Source: Octopus sinensis (Eukaryota). Taken from it: a stretch of 64,000 nt of DNA. A model generated the notes under the pieces. It worked only from the letters and a program-made list of their open reading frames with translations, was not told where the DNA came from and made no database searches. Each line of letters opens with the position of its first letter. Positions within the stretch are counted from its first letter, which is position 1. Shown in pieces: positions 51,336 through 64,000 of the stretch. The DNA lies in the NCBI RefSeq assembly GCF_006345805.1, contig NC_043004.1, positions 29,016,001 to 29,080,000 on the forward strand. Reading direction: 5' to 3'. The position numbers were made by a program, and so were the translations under genes.

Positions 51336-52851
51336 TATAAATGTTAATAAGTAATGAATCCGTTGTTAATAACATTTCTAATTTTGGCTCTGGTCCGCAC
51401 TGTAGAGATGTGTATAGTCAGTTGGTCGATACATTGTCGAAATCTTCTTATGGATTTTGGAGGCATGAAAGCAAAGTTGAACAATATAGGATTTTACTTT
51501 GGACGTAAAGTGACGTAATTCATCACTGTTCGCTGCATCTCTATGATTTAAGTGATCTCTATCCTTTGGTAATTATTGAAATTATTAATTGCACCTAAAA
51601 TTGCATGGAATTGTTCGATCGCTAAGTTAAATATTGTTTAATCGCAGGGGCAGTGTAGAGTTATTTTCATTGCTTTGTAAAGGAAATAAGTTTTATTAAC
51701 TCCATAACGTTCATTGTTAACGCTTCCTTTGATGTCACATCAAGCAGAAAATGTAATTTCTTCATCAGCAACAAAAGTAGCCAATAAATATACTGGAAGA
51801 CACTCTAAAATACTATTGTTACATATGTAATTATTTTTAGTAGCATTGCATAGTTTTTAATTGGTTTAAAATCTAAACGAGAAAAGAATCTAGACACAAA
51901 TAGAAAATAATTTCAGTATACAAATACCGTTACGTAATGTTTCAAGATACACACATACATAACAATGAACACGCACATACACACATATACACATACACTC
52001 AGATATACAACACACACACACACACAATCATACACACACACGTATGCATAAAATAGTTTCCATCTTAGGTTGATTGGAACGAAATGGTTGTACGTTAATA
52101 TCAATTAAATAACTGAAACTATGTATGACTGCGATATTCCTTAATGGCCCAATTACTTTGTTCCTATTTTTAATTGCCATTTTCAACTTTTTCACTAATC
52201 GATCGTGACTCTTCACATGTAAATATGTGAAAGTGTGTGTATGTATGTATCTGTGGAGAGGGAGAGACACTGAGAGAGAGAGGGAGAGGGAGAGAGGGTG
52301 AAGGGGAGCGATAGGGTGAGGGAGAGACACTGGGAGCGAGAGTTAGAGAGAGAGAGATAAAAAGAAAAGTTACTTGTTGCATTGTTTTTTTCTTGATTTT
52401 TAAGAACCCGACATTTATGAATCTGGTTTTGCGTGTGATAAAAGAATGTTATTTTAAAAGAATGTGATAGATATTTTTAACGAACTTTATCTCGTTATGT
52501 TGAGAATCCATTATAACTATTAAAGATTGCTTTATAATAAATCGGTTTACTTTTACCATTTCGTTAGAAGCTCGTTTATTAAATAAAATAAGGATTTTCG
52601 TGTGCTTCTTTTGTTTCTCAATGATTGTGAACACGACCTCAAGTACTGTTGGACTAAAATATTTCTCTGTGAAGAACAATCTGTTAAGAGATTAAAATTG
52701 TCAAGACAGTATTGCATGCAATTCTGGTGAATTTGAGACATTGTCTCTTTGCTAATTAAACACTCACTTGAGATTTTTTTCATCAGCTTTGAAATGATAA
52801 TGCCATATTGCTACCATAAAGTGTTTCATATGGAGGTGGGAAAGATAAATA

Positions 52852-52889
<38 letters not shown>

Positions 52890-53190
52890 AATGTTGTTGT
52901 ATTGTAATGAAAAGAAAAGCTTCATTATCCAATATTTTTAAAAATCACTTTTAGTCTCCTCTAAAAAATAACACTGGTTGCTGGAATTCGAGCTAACAGA
53001 GAATTAGCAAATATAAATAATTGCCTAACTGTGGTGTTCCAGCATGACCACAACTAAAACGAATAAGAGAATAAAAGAATATCTTCAACCAACGTTAACC
53101 ATTGTAAAATAAAATCATAGATTTATTTCTCATGCAGCTAATGTTTGCATTGCCTTTTTACATCATTAATCATGAAGAGAGAGAGAGAGT

Positions 53191-53227
<37 letters not shown>

Positions 53228-53612
53228 GGAGAGGGAGAGAGAGAGAAGTGAGACAGAGTGTGAATTAGCATGGTACTTGGAAAACAGTTTGAGGCTTGTG
53301 GCTTATATTTCTGTCCCCGGTCAAGTTACTTAAATATCAACAGCTAACCTCACGTAGCTCCCTGCACTTCACCTTTATATAACCCCCTTCTGTAACTAGT
53401 TGCAAAATAACGAAAGAGACTACTGATCATCGTCTTTGAAACTGAGTTCAATTCTTCTCGTATTCAGTTATCAAGTTCTTGTAAAAAAAATTTAGGCTCT
53501 CTGTACGAGAGAACATTTGTTTATCAGTTTAATGCTTGCAGAAAAATGGACATAGTGCGTCGTGTATATTTGTGACGTGACAGACCATTATAATATTAGC
53601 AGTAGCATTATA

Positions 53613-53837
53613 CAGGGTTGGCCAAACGTCACCCGACAGTAAATCAAAACCATTTAATTCCATTATGTTTAACAAATGAATGATTTTAATATAAGCATCT
53701 AAATATGAAACATCATTAAAATTGTTCAAACTGAAGCCCTTCTTGAGTGAAGCATTTTTCCTTTCAAGTCAATACAGAATTACAGATAGTATTTATGGAA
53801 CTTTGATTTACAGTCGGGTGACTTCTGACCAACCTTG
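53613..53837. mobile_element. 225-bp Tc1/mariner-type MITE with TA target duplication
   Basis: TA-CAGGGTTGGCCAAACGTCACCCGACAGTAAATCAAA and TTTGATTTACAGTCGGGTGACTTCTGACCAACCTTG-TA form 36-bp TIRs with about 6 mismatches. Confidence 0.88.
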
Positions 53838-54496
53838 TATGTAATGTACGATGTTTGAAACCATTATTTTATGATTACAAAGTATGCAAACTCATTTTCC
53901 CTCAATTACAGAACCTCAAACTTTTAGTGAAAAACAAATAGAGAGTCGTGATATTTAACTATGATTCACTGGGATGAGTGATATAAATAAAGTGAAAATA
54001 TTCCCAGTCTGAAAGAAACTAAAACATATTGTGATTAAACTCATGAAGATTATTCCTCTTATACATCAATGGGCATTAAGTTCATGCAAAGACACACACA
54101 TTAAAAATAATAACCAAGATGTGTGATTTTCAGGACAATTTATTACGCATATTCTCAAATTAAAATATTGACCAACTTATTAAATTAGCTCGCCTGGACC
54201 TTCGACTACTTGTGTAGATGGTGTTGTGTTGAGATAAAATTAGGATAAGTCAGATTTAAAGTCTTGCTTTAACACTAATCTTGCACGATTTGATTTCTTG
54301 TTGGCTGACTGGTGAAGATATACGAATAGTGTATAAAATTCTTGTAATAATATAGGTCAAGAAAAACTCGAAACTAGAGTTAATGAAATGATTAAAATTG
54401 CAGTAAGTGATAAACTAGAGGAATGCAAGAGTTAAAATATAAAATGGAAATGTTTAAATTTGAGGGGAGCTTCGACACATACACATGGACATTCAC

Positions 54497-54530
<34 letters not shown>

Positions 54531-54556
54531 ATGTATACACAAATGCATACATGCTT

Positions 54557-54657
<101 letters not shown>

Positions 54658-54779
54658 TGTGTGTGTGTGTGTGTGTAAGCTCCTTTCAAATGCATATATG
54701 AATATAGTATAATCTATATTAACTAAAATATTTAACATTATAAATCATGTCAACAGTACAAGCTATATGCACTAAATAT

Positions 54780-55705
54780 ATCTAAGCAAGAAAGGCCAGC
54801 ACACTGTCAAACAAGATTCCCCGAGACAGAAAAGTTCTCATGAGATGCAGGTCATAGATCTCAAAGCGGCTGAATAGGCTGAAGGATAGAGAGAAGTCTA
54901 TCATAAGGACACTACTAGAAATTGAAAGCAAGATCAAACTCTCTCACGAAAGGGAAAGAGCAGAGTAGAGCAGAGAAGAGAGGGAGAGAGAGAGAGAGAG
55001 AGAGAGAGGGAAAGGTTGTAGAAAGCATAAAAACAAATCCCAAAGCTGTTTATAAGTTCGCAAACGAAACAGCCACAATACGATAAAAAATAGGACCATT
55101 GTTCCAAGGGAATGACTCCCTGACGGTGGACCCTTTGATATTGCAGCTCTAAAAAAGGAGGCGCCAGCCATCGATTACATCAACATTGAGGAAGCCGATG
55201 TAACAGCAGTCATAAATGAAATGAGCTCATTTCGCTTTAGCGAAATCACTTCAAATACTTTTCCAAAGCTTCCTTGTCAGTGGTATACTTCCTAAAAAGA
55301 TGCAAGCAGGCATTATATGCCCTATCCACAGGAGCGAATCATCAGAAAGAAGTTGATAATGTTCCTAGAAGAAAACGACTTACTGAACAATACTTACTGA
55401 ACAATCGCTTCCGTCCAGGAAGAAGCTGCCTCACACAGTTTCCACAGTATGATGACTGTGTTTTGAAGCAGCTACTTGGCCATTCAGATGTCACTGTGAT
55501 ACACCTTGACTATGTAAAGGCATTTGATAAGGTAGGTCATGGCATAAGTCATTAGCTACGAAACGTCGGCATTGCTGGTAAACTGGGAGAGTGGTCGCAT
55601 GGCTTCCTTAAAAACAGAAGGGGCCGTTACTGTTCATAATAGCCCCCTTAGATATGCTCACGGTCACTCGGACAGCTATTCTCACTAGCTATGCCGATAA
55701 TACAT
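54780..55705 (+). mobile_element. CR1-clade LINE RT fragment (decayed), interrupted by (GA)n
   Basis: IKTNPKAVYKF..IGPL, FRPGRSCLTQ, HLDYVKAFDKVGH, GPLLFII..SYADN. Confidence 0.85.
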
Positions 55706-55934
55706 AATCTATTATTTTATTTCCCCATCTAAGATGATTGGATGTAATTTAAGGGAGATTTGAATGCTTTTTTTTAGCTGCTTAAACAACTACGTAGAGG
55801 TCATCGACACCGACAGAGATCAATTACACGATACAGAAAAAATGCAGATAGTTTTGGAATAAGGGGTTGCTAGTCAGTTAACATCTGAAATAAGACACGA
55901 AGTAATAGTTAGTTGAATATATTGACGTTTAATG

Positions 55935-56335
55935 TCTAGCTCAAGGCTGAACCTTTTGAAGTAATGGGTGATGTCAATTAAATTAATAAGTACATGGCTA
56001 TCTTAACGACCCCGAAATGAGGAAAGATAAAGTTGGCTTCAGTAGAATTTGAACTCAGAAAGAGACACAACTCCTAGGAAACATTTCCTCCACCCCTCAC
56101 TTCATGAATTCGTCTCAATACGTTATATATGGGATTCAAGAAGGTGATGAACTGGCAAGATCGTTAGCGCGTTGGACAAAATGCCTAGCAGCATTTCTTT
56201 CGCATTTCTTCAAATGCCGCAGAGGTTGACTTTGCCCATCATCTTTCGGGGTCGATGAAATAAATACTACTGAAAACAAGGTCGATGTAATCCTCTAACT
56301 AAAATTGCTGACCTTTCGCCAAACTTTGAAATCTT
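55935..56335. mobile_element. Head-to-head inverted pair of SINE family A copies
   Basis: Minus copy about 55935-56120 (ACGACCCCGAAA..ATTTGAACTCAG) and plus copy about 56142-56335 (AACTGGCAAGATCGTTAGC..GGGGTCGATG). Confidence 0.75.
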
Positions 56336-56453
56336 TTTCTATCACATACAAGTAGTTCGTATGTTAACACTCTTAACGAACTTTAATATCCAGTTTACTG
56401 CCTTGTAAAATTATATTTAAAACCGTGTGTGTGTGTGTGTGTGTGTGTGTAAG

Positions 56454-56520
<67 letters not shown>

Positions 56521-56804
56521 ATATGTTATAAAGTATGTTTCGCAACCAGGTGATTCTAAATTTGATCCCACTGCTGCACTTAATAGACAAGTGTTTGTTA
56601 GCCACAAGTTGAGCAATAACTTGTGAATGGCATTTGACTGATGTAAAACCCTCGAAAGTGGTTTCCGGCATGGTTGCAGCCAACTAACAGAACCTACTAC
56701 AGGAATATGTTAACTGGTGCTGATTTGCTCCTTAATGCTTATAACAGTCTACGGACCTATTTAAGTTTCTCGCATTTAGTTTCTCAACTTCTGTATAATG
56801 ATTT

Positions 56805-57010
56805 TTTACATTGGTACAAGGTCAGATATTTTAAGAGTTGGGTGGCGTGGTGGAGGAATAGGTGATTGCTTCAACTCAATTATTTTAGTCGTGCTTATTT
56901 TATAGATTCCGGAATGATTAAGGGTATGTTGACTACGTCGGTATTTGAACTCAGAACGTAGAGATACTTAACACAACATCGTAAGACATTGATACGAAAC
57001 TCAAAATCGT
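56805..57010 (-). mobile_element. Degenerate SINE family A copy
   Basis: GTACAAGGTCAGA..GTTGACTACGTCGGTATTTGAACTCAGAACGT. Confidence 0.65.
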
Positions 57011-57694
57011 AAGGCTTTTTCTCCAACACTACCGACTATACTAATTCACTGTCCTCAGCTTCTGCATTATGAAAACTTTATGTCTGTGAAACATTTTACT
57101 GTGCTGACTCTGCGTTAGAACATATTGCTGACCTTCAATTGTTAAAATCTCATAAGCAATGTCAATCAATTTTAACTTTGAATTTATTTGCTGGTTTATA
57201 TTTGCTAAACATGTTGGGATTACTTTCGTTTAAGTAGTACATTAAATGCAAATATATTATTCACTTGCTTTGTTTAACTCCAAAATATTATAATGAGAGT
57301 ATTTCTATAGTTAATGTTCAATTCATGAGTATAGTGCGTGTCGAGTTTTTCAAGCTGATACTTTAGATGAAAGATGAAACTTCAAACATTCATAATATCT
57401 ACAGTTGTTGGAAACCTTTGTGTGAGCATGAGTATGTCATTGTGAGCGTGTGTTGGTGGAGCTCGCGTGCGCACAAAGTTGATCTGCATTAAATTACCAT
57501 TTGTAACTATCTCCACATTGAAAGTGCATCAATATCGCTTACTCTCATTTCCTCTCAAATGAAAAATTCCAGTAATCTCGGCATTCGTAGTTTTTCCTTT
57601 TTTTATTTTGCGAATTGACGCAACAATTCGGTTTCAAATTTCAACTCTTTCTTTCGCTTTGTTTAATAATGTAGTTCAGACTTTTCTCACTTAC

Positions 57695-57803
57695 CTCTTT
57701 TTAACTTAAATACTTTTCAAAGAAATTATTTTTCGTTTTCCATGGTACGTATTTGGAAAGAAGAAATATGAATTTTTCTTTCTGATGATCATGTCCTTAT
57801 AAA
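57695..57803 (-). other. Candidate 109-nt non-coding (UTR or lncRNA) exon
   Basis: Acceptor cattttcccttcacattatttctatgcag and donor GAG|gtaagtgag are both near consensus; stops in all three frames. Confidence 0.4.
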
Positions 57804-58144
57804 CTGCATAGAAATAATGTGAAGGGAAAATGAACGAATTTCAACCAGGAATCAACATCAGGAAGAAAACCTTGGTTCATCTGGAACTTTATAAGGCTGG
57901 ATCTTAATAATGTCTAAATTCTGGATTATTGGCTAAAGCATACATAGAAGAAAGAAATGCATTTCCTTCATTGCTCTAGCAACATCATTGTGACTCGCGA
58001 AAGCAAGTCAGAAATTGAAATTGACTATTCAGTTACTGAGAGCTCTTCTCTTTATAATGTTGTATATAGAATCCATAAAACCCTAGTATCTTTCTTCATC
58101 AAAAGTTTTACATAAGTGCACAACTCCTCTGTTTTTGTACTTAT

Positions 58145-58224
<80 letters not shown>

Positions 58225-58889
58225 CACACTATTTTAACAAGGATAAGGTTGAGAGAAGCTTTGAAGTTTCAACGCCACCACTGAGGTCACTGTCTTGTTT
58301 AAAAACAATAAATATAATATTGCCATATTCAGAATAAACACACGCACACCTTGCTATAGTGTTCTATATCTGTTGCTTGTTACATTTTAAAAAATTGTTA
58401 CTATGACACTAAATCTTTCGTTTATAAAATACGTCTGCATACATAAAAAAGAGAAACTGCTGCTTGTACATTTGGAGTTTCCGAAGGTAGCTGCATACAG
58501 AAATAAATATAATATACACGAATAAATATAAATATACACAAATACGTTGCTTCTAAACCCATTGATATTAGAAGTTAAAATAAACTAGATAAATCAACAC
58601 ATTCTTGGCAGTGATATTGCCCATTAAATGAGCTCGTGTCGCTGCCAAGAAGGAGTTCCACACACACACAGACACACACACAAACGCATACATACAGACA
58701 AAGACACACACACACATAAACCTATATACGTGTATATATATATATATGAGTGTGTGTGTGTGTGTATAGATAGGCAGATATGTATGTATTTATGTATGTG
58801 TGTGTGTTCTCATACTCTTTTCAATTTAAAGTAAATGTCGACCAGCCACCTACTTGGTAGCAAGGGAAAGCATCATATTTTGTTCATCT

Positions 58890-60380
58890 TTTAAATCTTA
58901 AGATTGTTATAGTACCTGATATCGTGGTTGTTTTAGAGCATGAATTAAGGATTTGAGATCTCTTCTTACGATCCCAAGTTCAGCCATACTTTGCTGCAGA
59001 TAGGTTGGTATGTATTCTGTTGCTCCGATAGTAATAGGTATGAAGTTGAAAGTGTATCTCCTTATTAATGTTCCATAGATGTCCTCTTTCTCTTGTATTT
59101 TTCTAACCTCATTGGTGTCCAGAAAACGACTGATTTCCACAACAGAGCATATGTTCTCCTTGTGATCCCACACAACAATTTCTGACCAGTTGTGTTTTAA
59201 CTTGGTGGCCGTTTTAATTTTTAAGTTCCACCGATATTCTTTTGATCCATCGGTTCCAATATAGTCAGCTTCATCTGTAGGTGTTTTCTCTTTGGTTATT
59301 CTCTTCCAGATCATTTTGGCCACAGCATCGTGCTTCGTGGGAAGATAATGTCTGGCAGGCATTCTTTCAGTTGACAGTAATATGGTTGATGTCTTCAGTC
59401 GTGGTATTGCACAGCCTACATCTGTTGTCTGTCAACGTTTCCTTTCTCTAATTCTGTAGGCACTTGGTAGGGATCTCTTGCTCTTGATCTGCATGAATTG
59501 CATGAATGTAGCATTCAATGTGTGATATCGTAAACGTATCGGTATTTGACATGATCAATTCCTTCTATGCCAAGTACCCATGTACTCTCTTCTCAGTGAA
59601 CTGATCAATTTTTCAAAATTTTGTTCTTCTGATTAATAGATTTTCCCAATCCTCTTTAGTTCTGTATCAGCTCATATGCCTCTTCTCAGGCTCATTAACT
59701 ATACTTGTTATGTTATTGGTTTCATAGTTACTAACTTAGGCAAGAGTTTCTTTTCTCTGCTGCAGATGTTTCGTTGTTACAAAACATTCTTCATATGACA
59801 TCATTACAGATTTGAGACCACGACCACCATAACTTGCGAGGGATATATAGCCTATCTACATTTCCATTGATTTCGAAGGTTCTTGTAACACTGAGCAGCT
59901 TGCGAGTTCGGACGTCTATCTCATTGAGTTCTTGTGGTGACCAATTCAGAAGGCCAAACGTAGGCGTGAGGACAGGCACTGCAAATGTGTTGTGTGTAAT
60001 ATACTTGTAAGCTGAGAGTTCAGATGTGGTTCCCTCCTTATTTATGGGTCCATCATGTCTGATATTCTCATTTTGTACAATATATCTATGACTGTCACCT
60101 GACTTTTAGAAGTTGTATTGTCAAGCCGTTCGTTTTCAGGTTTACAGAGAGGGACACAACTTAAACCAAGTTTCATCGTAAAAAAAATGCACATTTGGAT
60201 TTACCAAATTTCATTCCTATGTCTGTAGAAAATTAGATAATGAGGCCCAATTGCTTTTTTATATGATTTATATAGCCCATACTTTTTATATGGTTTTATA
60301 TGGCCCATACAGTTTCAGATTGTCGACAAAGAAAGCGATGTGAAATACTTCTGAATCCATTTCTATGACCACTATGTTAT
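58890..60380 (-). mobile_element. R4/Dong-type LINE, element E (RT to RLE, decayed)
   Basis: FFVDNLKLY (RT YxDD region), PVLTPTFGLLNWS..RLYIPRK, CRLC..EDINH, KHDAVAK, KHNWSEIVVWD, PITIGA. Confidence 0.85.
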
Positions 60381-60418
60381 GTGAGCAGGTATGATACTGG
60401 ATTTAATGAGAGGACAAA

Positions 60419-60615
60419 GTATGTATGTATGTATGTATGTATGTATGTATGTATGTATGTATGTATGTATGTATGTATGTATGCATGCATGCATGTATGT
60501 ATGTATGTATGTATGCATGTATGCATGCATGTATGTATATATGCACGCACGCATGGATGCAAGCATGCATGTGTGTGTGTATGTATATATGTATGTATGT
60601 GTGTATGTATGCATA
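60419..60615. repeat. (TATG)n/(CATG)n microsatellite
   Basis: Directly visible. Confidence 0.95.
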
Positions 60616-60907
60616 TAGGCGCGTGTGTGTTGAAAGTAATATAATTTCCCCATCGAAGTGACAGTTTAGAAATTTAAAGAATCACAAAAACTTTTTATTT
60701 CTTTCTTCATCGTACTGTCAATTATGAAGTGTCGTGATGCATCGTCGAACGTCTGTTGCAGTGGAATTGTATCAGTGATCAAATGATAAAACCGGGACAA
60801 AATTTTCATTATAAACTGTAGCATTATTAAGGAATTAACGGAAAGTGAAATAAGTTTTTCTTTGAATGGCTAAATACCACTCGCACGATGTAGTTGTTTG
60901 TTTACTT

Positions 60908-60926
60908 GTGTGAGTGTGTGTGTGTA

Positions 60927-61011
<85 letters not shown>
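60908..61011. repeat. (TG)n, about 50 units
   Basis: Directly visible. Confidence 0.95.
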
Positions 61012-61013
<2 letters not shown>

Positions 61014-61479
61014 ATATTGATTTTTTTTCTCATTTAGTCGGAGAAAATATTGTAGACACTAATAAATAATTCTATTTTATATCGTTCGTCCTGACTACAA
61101 GGAGATGAACATCAGTAATTATCTAGTTTATATTTGCTACTTGTCCTTACTGTCTACTTTAATTTAATAGAGGTCATTGATTTCCACTCACGTTTTGCAG
61201 TTCTCTGATAGTTCGAAGGTCACAGACAAACTTTTATCTATTTATTGCCATATTTCTACTTGATCTTCAGTTAAGTGCTACGTCTTTGCATGTTGTCTGT
61301 ACACGGACATTCGAAATCCATATGCATATACTCTCAAACTATTTATGAATTGTTTTATGTTTATATGGCTCTTATACATACAATACGTGTGTACGCGCAT
61401 ATACATGGCTATTCAAATATGACAAAATCACCCATACATTGACAAGTTGACATACACACATACACACACACATATATAT

Positions 61480-62560
<1,081 letters not shown>

Positions 62561-62881
62561 CATATGTATTTTCTGTATGAGTTAGAGGTTAAGTAACTCT
62601 GTAAGGGATATTAAATATCCAGTATACTACTGGATGCGTACCTAATCATTTATAACCAAGTGCTTATTATTGCATGGCAATATGGCAATTAATTGGGTAT
62701 TAGGTATGGGCAGGGGTAAATTAGAAATTTACCCAGGGTTTATAAGTCAAATAAAAAATTGACAGGATGTACAATCGAAAAATATCAGCCAGTAAACGTT
62801 CAATTACATCTATTTATTAAATGAATACAAACATGTGTGAGATAAAATTGACGAATGAAATAAGTCAATAGCTGCATAAAC

Positions 62882-62957
<76 letters not shown>

Positions 62958-63329
62958 GAGAGATTTAAGAGAGAGACAGAATCACCCTCAAGTACTTAAT
63001 CATCACTGAACGACATTATCCACGCTAGCTACATATATGACTAAATATTAAAATTATCAAATTAATACCTTCAATTCTTATTCTAAATCATATACTTTAT
63101 ATATACTTTTATATATATACTTTTATATATACTTTTATAGACTATGTCCGTTTCCTGACAACAAATTCCTCGATATTGCTGAAATAGAAAGTCTCGAAAT
63201 ACAATACCATATTAAAACGATTATATTGCCAATCTTCAGGTCTAGATTATATGAACTTATTTTGCTGTTTACATCCTATATAAAGACATGACAAACTAAA
63301 ATTATATAACTAGAAGTTTCGGTTGACGA

Positions 63330-63640
63330 CATGTTTCCATTATACAGTATAATGGAAACTCGATGTAAACCGCAGCCTGCGGAAATTACTCCTGAGTGTG
63401 ACTTTATTCGTCTATTTATCACAGGATGGAATAACATTTTTTATATTAACACCTTAATTAAAGTCCTTAACTTACCTTTCCTTACACTGCCTATCACATT
63501 ATTTTATTTTATTTTATTTTAACCTACTCTTTTTATTTAACTGACTTTCACATATGTTAGTTCCATAATATTTAGACCCTCTGAAGAAGCCTAGGGGCAC
63601 ATGCATTATTGTAACACTGTCCAATGTCTGTTCATCCCTG
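63330..63640 (+). mobile_element. Possible Penelope-like 3' remnant with decayed hammerhead
   Basis: CTGAAGA-A-GCC-TAGG-GGC at 63581-63598 with the following GAA missing; upstream RKLL/CDFIRLFITGWN weakly recalls a GIY-YIG C-terminus. Confidence 0.35.
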
Positions 63641-64000
63641 TATATCACAGACAGGATGATGTTAACTTGGAAGATTTCGTTGCCTCATAGTAGAAACGGC
63701 CGTAAGGGATTAGTACCTGTACACTCATCAATTCTTCTTCATATATAAATATACATATTACTTGCATAGCATGTGACCTGATCTGCGATCGTGTGCTGGA
63801 ACGAAAAGAATTGCAGCATGGAAGTGTTTATAAGCCATTTAAGAAACACACAAAAACTGTTAGATTCACTTCAACATTTAAATTTAATTTACCAAAATAT
63901 CTTCGTCGCTTTGAGACCGCCACCTGTTCATTAACAAAATTCTTTGCTGCACACACAATGCACACTTACACACACACACACATGTATATATATATATATA

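Overview
AT-rich animal genomic DNA packed with microsatellites and transposon debris. The repeat landscape is most consistent with an octopod cephalopod (inference from repeat content, not verified). No complete host protein-coding gene is recognisable, and most of the ORF track is microsatellite noise. The window holds at least six fragments of restriction-like-endonuclease (R4/Dong-type) non-LTR retrotransposons, plus CR1, RTE-like and Penelope-like fragments. DNA transposons comprise a Helitron 3' half, a decayed hAT transposase, two different mariner elements and a 225-bp Tc1/mariner MITE. About 20 tRNA-derived SINE copies from three families are present. Features not explained by that catalogue: several minus-strand segments with canonical splice sites (possible hidden multi-exon host gene), hammerhead-ribozyme-like motifs in several unrelated repeats (one tandemly duplicated), a nested R4-in-R4 insertion that shows microsatellites being born, a SINE trimer, and several hairpins, palindromes and TF-motif clusters. 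All coordinates and translations were read by eye, and no database searches were run.
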